Positions 19,294 through 29,001 of a stretch of 64,000 nucleotides of DNA are shown in pieces (position 1 is the first letter of the stretch; every line of letters starts with the position of its first letter). Under the pieces are notes generated by a model. That model was not told the origin of the DNA and did no database searches. It saw only the letters and a program-made list of their open reading frames with translations. Both the position numbers and the translations under genes were made by a program. This DNA is from Arenicellales bacterium (GTDB lineage: Bacteria; Pseudomonadota; Gammaproteobacteria; Arenicellales; JAJDZL01), in contig OZ246969.1 of NCBI GenBank assembly GCA_965232345.1, positions 168-64,167 on the forward strand. The letters are read 5' to 3'.

Positions 19294-19510
19294 GGAGATG
19301 GATACTGTTACTGCTCCAAGCCCACCCTGCCACTCACTATATTCCTCACACTTCCTGCATGAGCATAAGCGAAACTGCACAGCATTGCTGACTTAAGTTC
19401 AAGAAGAAGTTTCTGGTGGAAATCGAAAGGATGGTTTCAAATTTACCGCAGAAAACGCTGACCGACATGCAAGTGTTCTTGTGAACAGATTGAATTGACG
19501 TTTGCCGAAT

Positions 19511-19945
19511 TCAAAATATATTTCTGGTGAGAAACTCATCAACATATTTCCTGGGAGAGACCGTCGGGTGTGCCGACGACGGATTGTTCAGCAACAACTT
19601 GTCTCCAGTTACAAGAATGCTTTCAGATTGGGATGCCAGCAATCGCCAAAGATGATTGTCGCCTGAATCAGGCGCTTGGTGTGCTGATGCAGGCTCACGC
19701 CAGATCGAATTGGCGACAATTTCGGTTAACAGGATATCGATGTCCAAATCCGTTAACCGGTGCAGGTGAACAAGTGATGGACGACGAATCACCTCGGCAT
19801 ACTCAGCTAGCAAATCTGCAGACATCAGATAAAAGATCTCTCCTTTCAGCATGGCATTGAGTAATTTTGCGGTGAGGCTGTTCTCATCAGCCGTAATCAA
19901 TCCAGCGACAACGACATTGGTATCAATGACTGTGAATCTGGGCAC
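19511..19945 (-). CDS. PIN-domain toxin (VapC-like)
   Basis: 144 aa. N-terminal VIDTNVVVAGL and later acidic residues (LVTGD) are typical of PIN nucleases. It lies 18 nt downstream of an RHH gene. Confidence 0.8.
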   Translation of the reverse strand: MPRFTVIDTNVVVAGLITADENSLTAKLLNAMLKGEIFYLMSADLLAEYAEVIRRPSLVHLHRLTDLDIDILLTEIVANSIWREPASAHQAPDSGDNHLWRLLASQSESILVTGDKLLLNNPSSAHPTVSPRKYVDEFLTRNIF

Positions 19946-19963
19946 TTTATGGCTGCGAAATTC

Positions 19964-20269
19964 TCAATTGCACTTTTCTCGGCGCTGTTGCCTGGTTTCC
20001 TGAACTGCTAGTTGAAGTGCTTTATCTGAATCCAATTCAGACGTTGCCCGCGCTCGACTTACTATTTCCCGAGCGCTTTCGTAGGTGCGAATTCCACGAA
20101 GTCGCAGGGATTCTTCGATGATTGAGCCAATCGAACGCCGCTGGCGCGCTGCGGTTTCCTTTAAAGCCTGATGCAATTGATCGTCTATGGTAATTGTAAG
20201 TCGAGACAATTTTTCACTCCAGTGTGGTGTGTTTGTGATTTTGCATTTATCACCAATATGTAGTGGCAA
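19964..20269 (-). CDS. Ribbon-helix-helix (CopG-like) antitoxin
   Basis: LTITIDDQLHQALKETAARQRRSIGSIIEESL is a typical RHH beta-strand plus helices. The true start may be internal to the 101-aa ORF. Confidence 0.65.
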   Translation of the reverse strand: MPLHIGDKCKITNTPHWSEKLSRLTITIDDQLHQALKETAARQRRSIGSIIEESLRLRGIRTYESAREIVSRARATSELDSDKALQLAVQETRQQRREKCN

Positions 20270-20329
20270 AGCATGCCGTACTTTTTTTGTGAATAATATA
20301 AATGCTACACCACAGCCACCAACAATAAA

Positions 20330-21868
20330 TCAAATTTCTTGCGACTGTACTCCTAAAACATTTTCCAGCTCATAAGGGGTAATTTCATTTCTGTTTGAAA
20401 GATGTCGTTTCAACGCAACTAGACCGACGCGCAAACGTTTCGCCATCGACTCAATGCTGCGTTTCAAGTCTTCGTCATCATCAACTGCTGGCCTCCGTGC
20501 GCGATGCGGTGGCATCAATAACATTGCTGCGAATGCGTTTGCTCTCTGTTCAACCGAGGGTGAAGCCCACGGTGTACTGCTATGCGCCAATCGTCGTGCT
20601 CTACTCTGATCAAACAAGATGTGGCAAAACTCGTGGGCTAAGGTGAATCGCCGTCCTCCCGTGAATTTGTTTTTAATGTTTTGGGTGTTTACGAGAATTG
20701 TAGGTCTGAGATCACTTCCGGCAAACGCCACCCCTCGCGGACCCTCTGACCCAAGTTCCAAACTCCTCACAAGAATACCCAAATTTTCCAATAGAACTTC
20801 AAGCTGGGTACTCGCTGAACTAGTGTCCGGGTCTGCTTCATCCAAGATTGTCAACGCAAGGGAATACCCATTAGCCCACGGGGACGACGCGGACCATGCA
20901 GGCTCATCTGATACAAGCTCAGACAATTTATCGGAAACACCCGGGTTCGCTTGCGCGTCGAAGCACTCTGCCAACAACCTGGCTGCCGCGCTGTCCGAAA
21001 TGTTGGGCGCAAGATCACCAAACATAGCGACTTCCGGTGAAAGTGTTCCCAACCAGCATTTATGTTGATGATTTAAAGGGCGGTCCAACTTTTGTAACGC
21101 ACTCAAAAATGTATTCGTCAAGGTTTGTGGCTCAGGGCTACGATCAAGATACCACGAAATCGCAGACAATCCCACTGGCTGAGACTTGATCTTGCTCCAC
21201 TCCATCGATATCGCTTCGTACCATGATAATTCCTGAAAACCAGATTGTTCTAGAAACCATTCTATGGCTCTTTGAAATACATCAGCTACCGAGTCAACAG
21301 AAGCTCTGGCGATACCATCTTCTACTATAAACTTGGCAGCATCCGCACCGGGTTGTACTCGGTCACCCCATGAAATTTCTATTTCATCTTCCATGCGTTG
21401 GAAAAATACATCTGGCAGAATACCGCCTTCGGCAGCAGAACGAAGTGCATGTCTTTCTCCCCAGACTTGCCAGGCGAGGAATTGGTCAATATCATCGCCG
21501 GTAGATTCAAGTTTACTCAAGTAGGCGGCTCTCGCTGACGGCGGTTGGCTTTCTGCAAAACGCCCTTCATCAGGGAGACGCTTTTCATGAAGGAGCGGCA
21601 TCCAATTTTGAACCAACCATTTGAACAATGGTGCAAGGAACCATCGAACTTCCTGAATTTCATTGCTATCTGATTCAATGCGAAAGGCACACAGATTGAT
21701 ATCAGCCACCCAGAGACGCCACTCTCCCCAAGATCCTTCGCTCGTTTCGGGTTCAACGTCCGTCAACTCATCAGGTATATGCCGCACCTGAATAGCAAAT
21801 TGCGTTTTTTCGCCAAATATCTCGAAATGTTTGGCTGTGTCCAACGACCCGTCCTCCAAATGTGTCAT
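20330..21868 (-). CDS. Large ImmA/IrrE-type (HExxH) metallopeptidase-domain protein with a roughly 400-aa uncharacterised N-terminal region
   Basis: 512 aa. C-terminal FTLAHEFCHILFD…EQRANAFAAMLLMP matches the ImmA/IrrE (COG2856/DUF955) zinc-protease signature. I do not recognise the N-terminal 400 aa. Confidence 0.7.
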   Translation of the reverse strand: MTHLEDGSLDTAKHFEIFGEKTQFAIQVRHIPDELTDVEPETSEGSWGEWRLWVADINLCAFRIESDSNEIQEVRWFLAPLFKWLVQNWMPLLHEKRLPDEGRFAESQPPSARAAYLSKLESTGDDIDQFLAWQVWGERHALRSAAEGGILPDVFFQRMEDEIEISWGDRVQPGADAAKFIVEDGIARASVDSVADVFQRAIEWFLEQSGFQELSWYEAISMEWSKIKSQPVGLSAISWYLDRSPEPQTLTNTFLSALQKLDRPLNHQHKCWLGTLSPEVAMFGDLAPNISDSAAARLLAECFDAQANPGVSDKLSELVSDEPAWSASSPWANGYSLALTILDEADPDTSSASTQLEVLLENLGILVRSLELGSEGPRGVAFAGSDLRPTILVNTQNIKNKFTGGRRFTLAHEFCHILFDQSRARRLAHSSTPWASPSVEQRANAFAAMLLMPPHRARRPAVDDDEDLKRSIESMAKRLRVGLVALKRHLSNRNEITPYELENVLGVQSQEI

Positions 21869-21987
21869 GAACCTGAATATTGAACTCGCTGACCTTCTTC
21901 AAATCGCATCAAGAATCCGATCATGATTTGCGCATCGGGTTGAACTTCCTCTATTCAACTTTGGAAGAGCAAGTCAACACTAGCCGA

Positions 21988-23715
21988 TTATGCAACGCAG
22001 ACCTTCGTGCCGGGCACAACGGGAAACGCCCAGTCATCAAAAGATTTGCTCTGAATCTCATCATAAAGCGGCGCACCCTGAAAAAGTGTGATCCGCGTCC
22101 AAAGATTGGACTTCGGATCAAATCTCGTTGCTCCGAATATGGCGAGCTTGCAGCGCAGGATATCAATTGGCAGGCAGTCCTTGTCCAACAGATTTTCCTG
22201 AATCTCAGCATATTCAAAATCCTCAAGTGACTGAATGCGCAGCACAATTGATCGATACTGAGGATAGTACTGCAGCAGATCCGTAACCGTCAGACAGCAT
22301 TGAAACCGCTCCAAACTGCACACTGCCTGATACAGCGCATTGGCATCCCGCGCGATTCCAACGCCCATTTCCAGCTCGCTGCCCGGCTCCTGATAGCGCC
22401 TGCCCAGCCTCGGCTCCTCCTTTTCCTGTGAAACATACCAGAAATAGTGCTGCGAATCCGGGTCCTGAAAATCCGCATCAAGCGCCCACTGATAGTTTTT
22501 CTCGATAAGGCTTTTCATTTCACCCAGCTCCATGGCCGGATCGAGCTGCACAAACTCATCCACACTCATGAATCGCTCGAAACTGTTGACATCGCCGGGA
22601 TATAGTTCCAGAAGCAGGCTGTTCAGGATTTCCTGGCATTCAAAACTGGTATGATCTGCGGCATAGTCGGTGAGAAAATGCCATGCATTTGAGATGTCGC
22701 GCGACTCGTGCGCCATCTTTTTGAGCTCAGGCAATTCCTCGCTCAGGACTCGGAGGCGTTCGGAAATTCTCGGGTCATCGGTCCGCCATTGTTTCAGGTG
22801 ATTTTCGAAACGCTCAACCAAATTTATGAATTTGGAAATTTCCGGACCGCTCACGTAGCTTTTCATTCTTACGGATTCGATTGCCGCTTCCCTGACTTTC
22901 ATCCATTGGCTGATCAGCTGCGGATGCCCCACCAGAAACGGCGCCATGCCAAGCCCGGTTGCATTGCCAACCCCGATTGACCGCCTGAGTTCTCTGGAAA
23001 GTCCAACCGCCCTGTTCCTGCCGCGCTGTCGGGCGATATGCTCAACCAGATCAATGCTGAACTGTCTGGCCATGTAGACAGTCAGCATCTCGGCCTGAAA
23101 CGGCATTCCGAACGGTGTGGACCGTTTGACTTCCTTGAAATCCATCAATCCGAATTTGCCATTGCCGTAAACGGCAGTGGTGCGGACAAGATAGCCGATT
23201 CTCATAATGTCATCGGCCTGCGGCTGCTGTCCGGAAGCAAGGCAGTCAATAACAGCATTGAACAGTCGAACGCTCTTATTCGCCCGGCTCATGACGATTT
23301 CAGACTCGCTCAGACGGCCGGCCTCCTGACGCGGAAGCTCCTCGCTCAGCCGCTCGATTTCCGCATCACTCGGGATGCCGTTGAACAGTGTGAAGCACAT
23401 GTCCCACTTTTCTGCAATCACGCGATCAGTGCGGTCGACATCGTCGATCTCAACCGCGAATGCAATGAAACTGACTGGGCCTGCGGGAGTTCGGATCACA
23501 TAAGTCAGGCATCCGTATCCCGACTCATCAAGCGTGTTGAGAAGAACCTCAAAGCCCCACCTCTCCCGATGCATGCGCCGCACCAGCGAACGGGTGAAAC
23601 TGAGTCGGGTTGGATGAAACGAGCCCAGCCGCTCAAGTTTCATCACCACTTCCGGCGGCCGTCCACGCGACTGTTCTAGCAGATCCTCAAAGTGTTTGAA
23701 GGGCAATCTAGTCAA
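21988..23715 (-). CDS. Uncharacterised 575-aa protein
   Basis: Long clean ORF whose start lies 11 nt after the dipeptidase stop. I recognise no catalytic or nucleotide-binding motif. Confidence 0.7.
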   Translation of the reverse strand: MTRLPFKHFEDLLEQSRGRPPEVVMKLERLGSFHPTRLSFTRSLVRRMHRERWGFEVLLNTLDESGYGCLTYVIRTPAGPVSFIAFAVEIDDVDRTDRVIAEKWDMCFTLFNGIPSDAEIERLSEELPRQEAGRLSESEIVMSRANKSVRLFNAVIDCLASGQQPQADDIMRIGYLVRTTAVYGNGKFGLMDFKEVKRSTPFGMPFQAEMLTVYMARQFSIDLVEHIARQRGRNRAVGLSRELRRSIGVGNATGLGMAPFLVGHPQLISQWMKVREAAIESVRMKSYVSGPEISKFINLVERFENHLKQWRTDDPRISERLRVLSEELPELKKMAHESRDISNAWHFLTDYAADHTSFECQEILNSLLLELYPGDVNSFERFMSVDEFVQLDPAMELGEMKSLIEKNYQWALDADFQDPDSQHYFWYVSQEKEEPRLGRRYQEPGSELEMGVGIARDANALYQAVCSLERFQCCLTVTDLLQYYPQYRSIVLRIQSLEDFEYAEIQENLLDKDCLPIDILRCKLAIFGATRFDPKSNLWTRITLFQGAPLYDEIQSKSFDDWAFPVVPGTKVCVA

Positions 23716-23726
23716 TCTTCCAGCCC

Positions 23727-24917
23727 TTATTCCTGACGTGACAGTCCTTGGTGGAAAAAACGATGCCAGTTCCCGCCCATGATCGCTCTGACTTCGGCAT
23801 CGCTGAATCCTGCCGACTCCAATCCATCAGCCACATTCTGCAGGTCTTCAGCTTTTCTGAACCATGCCGGATAATCCGGCCATTTCAATTCTGAATGTCG
23901 ATCCTTCCGATCATCCCAGGTGCCGCTTCTCATATAGGCAAGATAGCCGCTGTCCCAGCCAAGGCACAAGTCTGTGCCAAGCCCAAGATGCTCAACACCG
24001 ATCAGGTCAGCCGTTCTGCAGACCATTTCACAGAACTCCTTCAAGCTGCAGTCTGAACCATTCGACAGATGCAGCGGATAGAGGCTGAACCCCAGCATGC
24101 CGCCGCTCCTCGCCAGTTCCAAAAGCAAATCGTCAGATTTGTTTCGGACAACATCTCGAAAAGACAGCGGGTTGGCATGCGTGATGGCGATCGGACGCTC
24201 GGACACCTGAATCGCATCGAAACAGGTCTTCTCGGCCGTGTGCGAGACATCGACGATCATACCCAATCTGTTCATTTCGCGAACAACCATCCGGCCGAAT
24301 TTTGTCAACCCCGCATCTTTCTCCTCATAGCAGCCGGTCCCAACCAAGTTCTGATTGTTATAGGTCAGCTGCATGACGCGGACGCCCAGCTGGTGGAATA
24401 TCTCAATCAGGGAGAAGTCATCCTCTATCGGTGAGGAATTCTGGAATCCGAGAATGATGCCAGTGCGGCCGCTTTTGTGCGCTCTTTCAATATCGCCCGC
24501 CTCGCGGACTGGCAGAATCAGATTCTCGTGCTCCTTAAACCAGCGGTTCCATTTGCCGATATGCGCTAAAGTTTCCTTGCAATCATGCCAGAATGCAACC
24601 GTAACATGAATCGCGTCCGCTCCCGCGTCGGCCAGCGAGCGGAAATGCTCTTCAGACCAGTTCGAAGCCTGAAGCGCATCGATGACCGGAAACGAATCTT
24701 TGATCTGCATAAGGTTCAGCTTCTTTCCGTGAATGAATTCGTTGCGCTGTGATCGCCGGTGACTTTCTTTCGATGCATGAGTTGTGACAATTGTACTCAC
24801 TATCGGCGCTTCCAGTTTCATCGGGTCATTGCGCGGGACCGAGTGAAACGCGATCACATTTGCAGTTGCCCGCTCAGAAGAAATCACATAATAGGAGCAG
24901 TCAGCAATATGCCTCAC
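23727..24917 (-). CDS. Membrane dipeptidase family protein (peptidase M19)
   Basis: FPVIDALQ…, GVRVMQLTYN, VDVSH, ITHANP and LGTD blocks are typical of M19. The start is uncertain, with alternative ATGs at 24821 and 24710. Confidence 0.8.
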   Translation of the reverse strand: MRHIADCSYYVISSERATANVIAFHSVPRNDPMKLEAPIVSTIVTTHASKESHRRSQRNEFIHGKKLNLMQIKDSFPVIDALQASNWSEEHFRSLADAGADAIHVTVAFWHDCKETLAHIGKWNRWFKEHENLILPVREAGDIERAHKSGRTGIILGFQNSSPIEDDFSLIEIFHQLGVRVMQLTYNNQNLVGTGCYEEKDAGLTKFGRMVVREMNRLGMIVDVSHTAEKTCFDAIQVSERPIAITHANPLSFRDVVRNKSDDLLLELARSGGMLGFSLYPLHLSNGSDCSLKEFCEMVCRTADLIGVEHLGLGTDLCLGWDSGYLAYMRSGTWDDRKDRHSELKWPDYPAWFRKAEDLQNVADGLESAGFSDAEVRAIMGGNWHRFFHQGLSRQE

Positions 24918-24987
24918 CGAAAATCAATTGGAACAGGCTTGAAATGAAACTCTTGCGCAGACACACCACCGGAAAAATGTTTTGACC

Positions 24988-26421
24988 ATGAATGAATTGA
25001 TCTCGAAATCCGCATACGAAGTCGTCCAGCTGCTGAAAGACCGGAAAATCTCACCAGTCGATGCTGTCAGCGCTTCCGCGGAAAGAATCGCGCAGGTTGA
25101 CGGAAGCATCAATGCGCTGCCAACGCTCTGCATCGAACAGGCGCTGGACAAGGCGAAAGCGCTGGAGCGGCAGAATCCATCAGGTCAGTCAGAGAGCCGC
25201 GGATGGCTGGGTGGATTGCCGATCTCGGTCAAGGATCTGACTGAGACAGCCGGGGTGCGGACGACTTTCGGCTCACCGATCTACAAGGACTACGTGCCAG
25301 CCAAATCCGACATTCTGGTTCAGCAGATGGAATACCGCGGCGCGATCATGATGGGCAAATCGAATACACCGGAATTCGGCGCCGGCGCCAGCACATTCAA
25401 CGAGGTCTTTGGAATCACGCGGAATCCGTGGAATACAAGCAAGTCGGTGGCTGGATCATCAGGCGGAGCGTGCGCATCGGTGGCGGCAGGCGAAGTCTGG
25501 CTCGCGACCGGCTCTGATCTGGGCGGAAGCTTGAGAACGCCGGCCAGCTTCAATTCAGTGGTTGGCTTGAGGCCCGGTCCGGGCAGAATTCCGCGCAGCC
25601 GCACACATGAGCCTTTCAGCTGCATGCATGTGCAGGGACCCGTTGCTCGAAACTGCAAAGATGCAGCGCTTTTCCTGGATACGATGGCGGGATATCACCC
25701 ATCCGATCCACTCAGCTATCCAGCTCCCGAGAAGCCCTATATGGACTTCATCGACAAGCCGATCAAACCCAGGCGAGTTGGCTACACTTCAGATCTCGGA
25801 ATCACACCCATTGACTCAGAAGTTGACCAGATATGCCGGGACGCGGTTCAGCGATTTGCAGAGCTGGGCGTTCAGGTTGATCAGGCGTGCCCGAATTTCA
25901 AAGGCGCAATCGAAAGCTTCGATGTCTTGCGCGGCGCTTCTTTTGTCGCGAATTTCTACGGTGAGTACGAAAAGCATGAGCGCCTGCTCAAACCCGAAGT
26001 TGTCTGGAATATCGAGAAGGGAAGCCAGCTGACCGCTGAAGAGATCGGGCGGGCTCAGCGAACACAGGCCCGAATATTCAAATCGATGATTCGGTTTTTC
26101 GACAGCTTCGATCTTCTGATCTGTCCCTGCGCGATCGTGCCACCATTTGATTCTGAAATGCGGTTTGTGGAGTCTCTCGGAGAGCACACCTTCGACACTT
26201 ACTACGAATGGATTGCAATCACCTTTGTGCTTACGTTGACCAGCTGTCCGATTCTGGCTGTGCCTGCGGGATTTACCCGCGAAGGTCTGCCTGTCGGACT
26301 GCAGATCATCGGACCGCCCAGAGATGAAGGCGGTGTGCTGTCCGCTGGGCATCTGCTCGAACAGTTGACTGGCATTCCTGAGCGACTGCCGATTGACCCG
26401 AACATCACTCATCTCGAATGA
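24988..26421 (+). CDS. Amidase (amidase-signature family), second copy in the window
   Basis: SVKD and GSSGGACASVAAG signatures. The track ORF starts at a TTG at 24982, and the ATG is at 24988. Confidence 0.85.
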   Translation: MNELISKSAYEVVQLLKDRKISPVDAVSASAERIAQVDGSINALPTLCIEQALDKAKALERQNPSGQSESRGWLGGLPISVKDLTETAGVRTTFGSPIYKDYVPAKSDILVQQMEYRGAIMMGKSNTPEFGAGASTFNEVFGITRNPWNTSKSVAGSSGGACASVAAGEVWLATGSDLGGSLRTPASFNSVVGLRPGPGRIPRSRTHEPFSCMHVQGPVARNCKDAALFLDTMAGYHPSDPLSYPAPEKPYMDFIDKPIKPRRVGYTSDLGITPIDSEVDQICRDAVQRFAELGVQVDQACPNFKGAIESFDVLRGASFVANFYGEYEKHERLLKPEVVWNIEKGSQLTAEEIGRAQRTQARIFKSMIRFFDSFDLLICPCAIVPPFDSEMRFVESLGEHTFDTYYEWIAITFVLTLTSCPILAVPAGFTREGLPVGLQIIGPPRDEGGVLSAGHLLEQLTGIPERLPIDPNITHLE

Positions 26422-26566
26422 TCTCATTCAGGCAAAGTGACGGATTCACTATTGATAAAATCAATACATGGATCGATTTGGTTCGATTCGCTTTCGTGCT
26501 GAACTTTCGATTCAAACCTGCACAGACCCTGTTAGAAGCGAACTGGATCTTGCCAGAAGATAACCA

Positions 26567-27061
26567 ATGAAATTCCTCATTCTGCCAGTCACCTTTCTTG
26601 TCCTGTTCTGGCTGGCGCTTTCCGGTCACTACACAGGTCTGCTGCTGACGCTTGGCGCAGTTTCCTGCATCTGGGCCGCCTTGATCACCAGGCGGATGGA
26701 GATCGTCGATCACGAAGGCTACCCTATTCATCTGGTGCCTTGGCGAATCATCACCTATTGGTTCTGGTTGAGCAAGGAAATTCTGGTCTCGACATGGGCG
26801 GTCAGCAAGATGATCCTGGCGCCTGAACCCAAGCTTCATCCCAAAGTGGCGCTGCTGCCCGCTGACGAGATGAGCGAAATGCAGCAGGTCATCTATGCGA
26901 ATTCGATCACTCTCACACCGGGCACTCTGACGCTTGAAGTGGATGACTCAGGACTGGAAATCCATGCACTGCGAAGTGAGATGCTTGAAATGCTGGAGCG
27001 CGGTGACATGGCGAACCGCGTTCGTCCGCTCGAATCCCAAAAAGGTTCCAAGTCCACATGA
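26567..27061 (+). CDS. mrpE: Na+/H+ antiporter subunit E (MrpE/MnhE)
   Basis: 164 aa. The N-terminal TM pair and LSGHY…WFWLSKEIL pattern are typical of MnhE. It is the first gene of the overlapping Mrp cluster. Confidence 0.75.
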   Translation: MKFLILPVTFLVLFWLALSGHYTGLLLTLGAVSCIWAALITRRMEIVDHEGYPIHLVPWRIITYWFWLSKEILVSTWAVSKMILAPEPKLHPKVALLPADEMSEMQQVIYANSITLTPGTLTLEVDDSGLEIHALRSEMLEMLERGDMANRVRPLESQKGSKST

Positions 27062-27345
27062 TCGCCGCCGCACTGATCGCTGTTCTGATTGGCATGGCTC
27101 TGCTGCTGATCAGGGCGTTCGCCGGTCCCACCGTCTATGATCGAATTCTTGCGGTGAACAATTTCGGCACCAAGACAGTGCTCGTCATCGCACTGTATGG
27201 ATTTGTAACGGATCGTCCGGACTTTCTGGACATCGCCATTGTTTACGCACTTTGCAATTTCATTGCGACAATTGCGATTCTGAAATACTTCGAGTACGGC
27301 GACCTCGGTCATGTCGGCGAGCAGCCAGAGGATGAGAAGCCGTGA
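27058..27345 (+). CDS. mrpF: Monovalent cation/H+ antiporter subunit F (MrpF)
   Basis: 95 aa with 3 TM segments. It contains PTVYDRILAVN, typical of MnhF, and has a 4-nt overlap with the upstream gene. Confidence 0.75.
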   Translation: MIAAALIAVLIGMALLLIRAFAGPTVYDRILAVNNFGTKTVLVIALYGFVTDRPDFLDIAIVYALCNFIATIAILKYFEYGDLGHVGEQPEDEKP

Positions 27346-27659
27346 TTGACACGATCCTCACCGTCATCAGAGACATTTTTCTAATCGCCGGCTCGCTGGC
27401 AATTCTCATCGGCACATTCGGCATTCTTCGATTTCCGGAGCTGTTCTCTCGAATTCATGCGGCCGGTATCGCCGAGATTGCTGGAGCGAGTCTGATCATC
27501 GCCGGTCTTCTGATTGAGTCAGGCGTCAGTCTGGTCTCTCTCAAACTGCTGATCATTCTGATATTTCTTTTCTTCACCAGTCCGACATCCTCGCACGCGC
27601 TCGCCAAAGCGGCCATTCATGGCAATGTGCTGCCCGTCGTTGGCAGAATCAAGCGGTGA
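27342..27659 (+). CDS. mrpG: Monovalent cation/H+ antiporter subunit G (MrpG)
   Basis: 105 aa. GILRFPELFSRIHAAG…FFTSPTSSHALAKAA is the MnhG signature. Confidence 0.8.
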   Translation: MIDTILTVIRDIFLIAGSLAILIGTFGILRFPELFSRIHAAGIAEIAGASLIIAGLLIESGVSLVSLKLLIILIFLFFTSPTSSHALAKAAIHGNVLPVVGRIKR

Positions 27660-28198
27660 TCGCCATCGAATTTCTGGTCAATTTCACGCTGCTTGGATTC
27701 CTGCTCGCGACAGCGCTCATCATCGCGCGCACTGATCGGCTGTTTCGGGCAGTGATGCTGTTCGGCATCTACAGCCTGCTGACTGCCAGTCTCTTTGTCG
27801 CTTTGGATGCAGTCGATGTCGCCTTTACGGAAGCGGCTGTAGGCACCGGAATCTCAACCGTGCTGATGCTGAGCGCCCTGTCGCTGACCGGCTCCCGAAC
27901 TGAAGTGCAGTTCAGACGCCGGAATGCCGCGCTTGCCGCCGCGGTCTCGGTGTCGCTTGGCGTGGCGCTCGCGATCGGTATCATGGACATGCCGGAGTTC
28001 GCCAGTCCGAATGCACCCGCCAATCTGCACGTCGCACCCTACTATCTCCAGGACTCGTATGCGGAGATCGGCATACCCAATGTTGTCACGTCTGTCCTCG
28101 CCAGTTATCGGGGCTACGACACGCTTGGTGAGGTGGTTGTCATCTTCACTGCCGGAATCGGTGTGATCGCGCTGCTCGCCGGAAGACGCAGAGGCTGA
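27656..28198 (+). CDS. DUF4040/MbhD-like membrane subunit (resembles the MrpA C-terminal region)
   Basis: 180 aa. It contains DVAFTEAAVGTGIS and VVTSVLASYRGYDTLGEVVVIFTAG, typical of this domain. Confidence 0.7.
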   Translation: MIAIEFLVNFTLLGFLLATALIIARTDRLFRAVMLFGIYSLLTASLFVALDAVDVAFTEAAVGTGISTVLMLSALSLTGSRTEVQFRRRNAALAAAVSVSLGVALAIGIMDMPEFASPNAPANLHVAPYYLQDSYAEIGIPNVVTSVLASYRGYDTLGEVVVIFTAGIGVIALLAGRRRG

Positions 28199-28202
28199 TG
28201 CC

Positions 28203-28640
28203 ATGAAGCAGCACCTGATTCTGCATGTCATTGCCAAGGTGCTGATACCGTTCATCATGGTGTTTGCGCTGTATGTCCAGTTTCACGGCGACTACGGACC
28301 GGGCGGCGGGTTTCAGGCCGGTGTCATTTTCGGCTCGGCATTTGTTCTTTACGCCATCGTTCTGGGCAAGGAGGCCGCGATGAAGGTCGTTCCGCTTCCG
28401 CTTGTCTATGCGACTGCCGCCTTCGGCGTGCTGCTCTATACCGGTGTCGGTGTTGCCGGCATGCTTCTCGGCGGAGAGTTCCTGAACTACAGCATCCTTC
28501 TGAGCAATCCGGTGGCAGGCCAGCATCTCGGCATCGTGCTGATTGAGCTGGGGGTTGGCATCACCGTGGCCTCGGTGATGATCGTCGTGTTCCTGAGCTT
28601 CGCCGACTATCGGAAACCTGACTCCAGATTCGACGACTGA
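28203..28640 (+). CDS. mrpB: Na+/H+ antiporter subunit B (MnhB domain)
   Basis: 145 aa with HGDYGPGGGFQAGVI, the MnhB signature. Confidence 0.75.
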   Translation: MKQHLILHVIAKVLIPFIMVFALYVQFHGDYGPGGGFQAGVIFGSAFVLYAIVLGKEAAMKVVPLPLVYATAAFGVLLYTGVGVAGMLLGGEFLNYSILLSNPVAGQHLGIVLIELGVGITVASVMIVVFLSFADYRKPDSRFDD

Positions 28641-28646
28641 TTTCAG

Positions 28647-29000
28647 ATGGAAGGCTTGGGCATACTCAACTACTGGATCGTCATCGCGCTGATGATGATC
28701 GGTTTGTACATCGTGATTTCAGCCAACAATCTGATCAAGAAAGTCATTGGGCTCAACATATTTCAAAGCTCAGTTTTCATTCTATATATCAGCATCGGAA
28801 AAGTCAGCGGAGGAACCGCGCCGATACTGCTTGAAGGAGCGACAGCCTATTCCAATCCCCTGCCTCACGTGCTGATTCTCACTGCGATTGTGGTGGGTGT
28901 CGCGACGACAGCTCTGGGGCTCGCACTGATCGTCAGAATACGTTCCGCTTTCGGAACGATCGATGATCATGATGTGCAGCAGGAATTAGAACGGAGCTAA
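28647..29000 (+). CDS. mrpC: Cation:proton antiporter subunit C (MrpC/NuoK-like)
   Basis: 117 aa with 3 TM segments and NLIKKVIGLNIFQSSVFILYI. Confidence 0.75.
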   Translation: MEGLGILNYWIVIALMMIGLYIVISANNLIKKVIGLNIFQSSVFILYISIGKVSGGTAPILLEGATAYSNPLPHVLILTAIVVGVATTALGLALIVRIRSAFGTIDDHDVQQELERS

Positions 29001-29001
29001 G

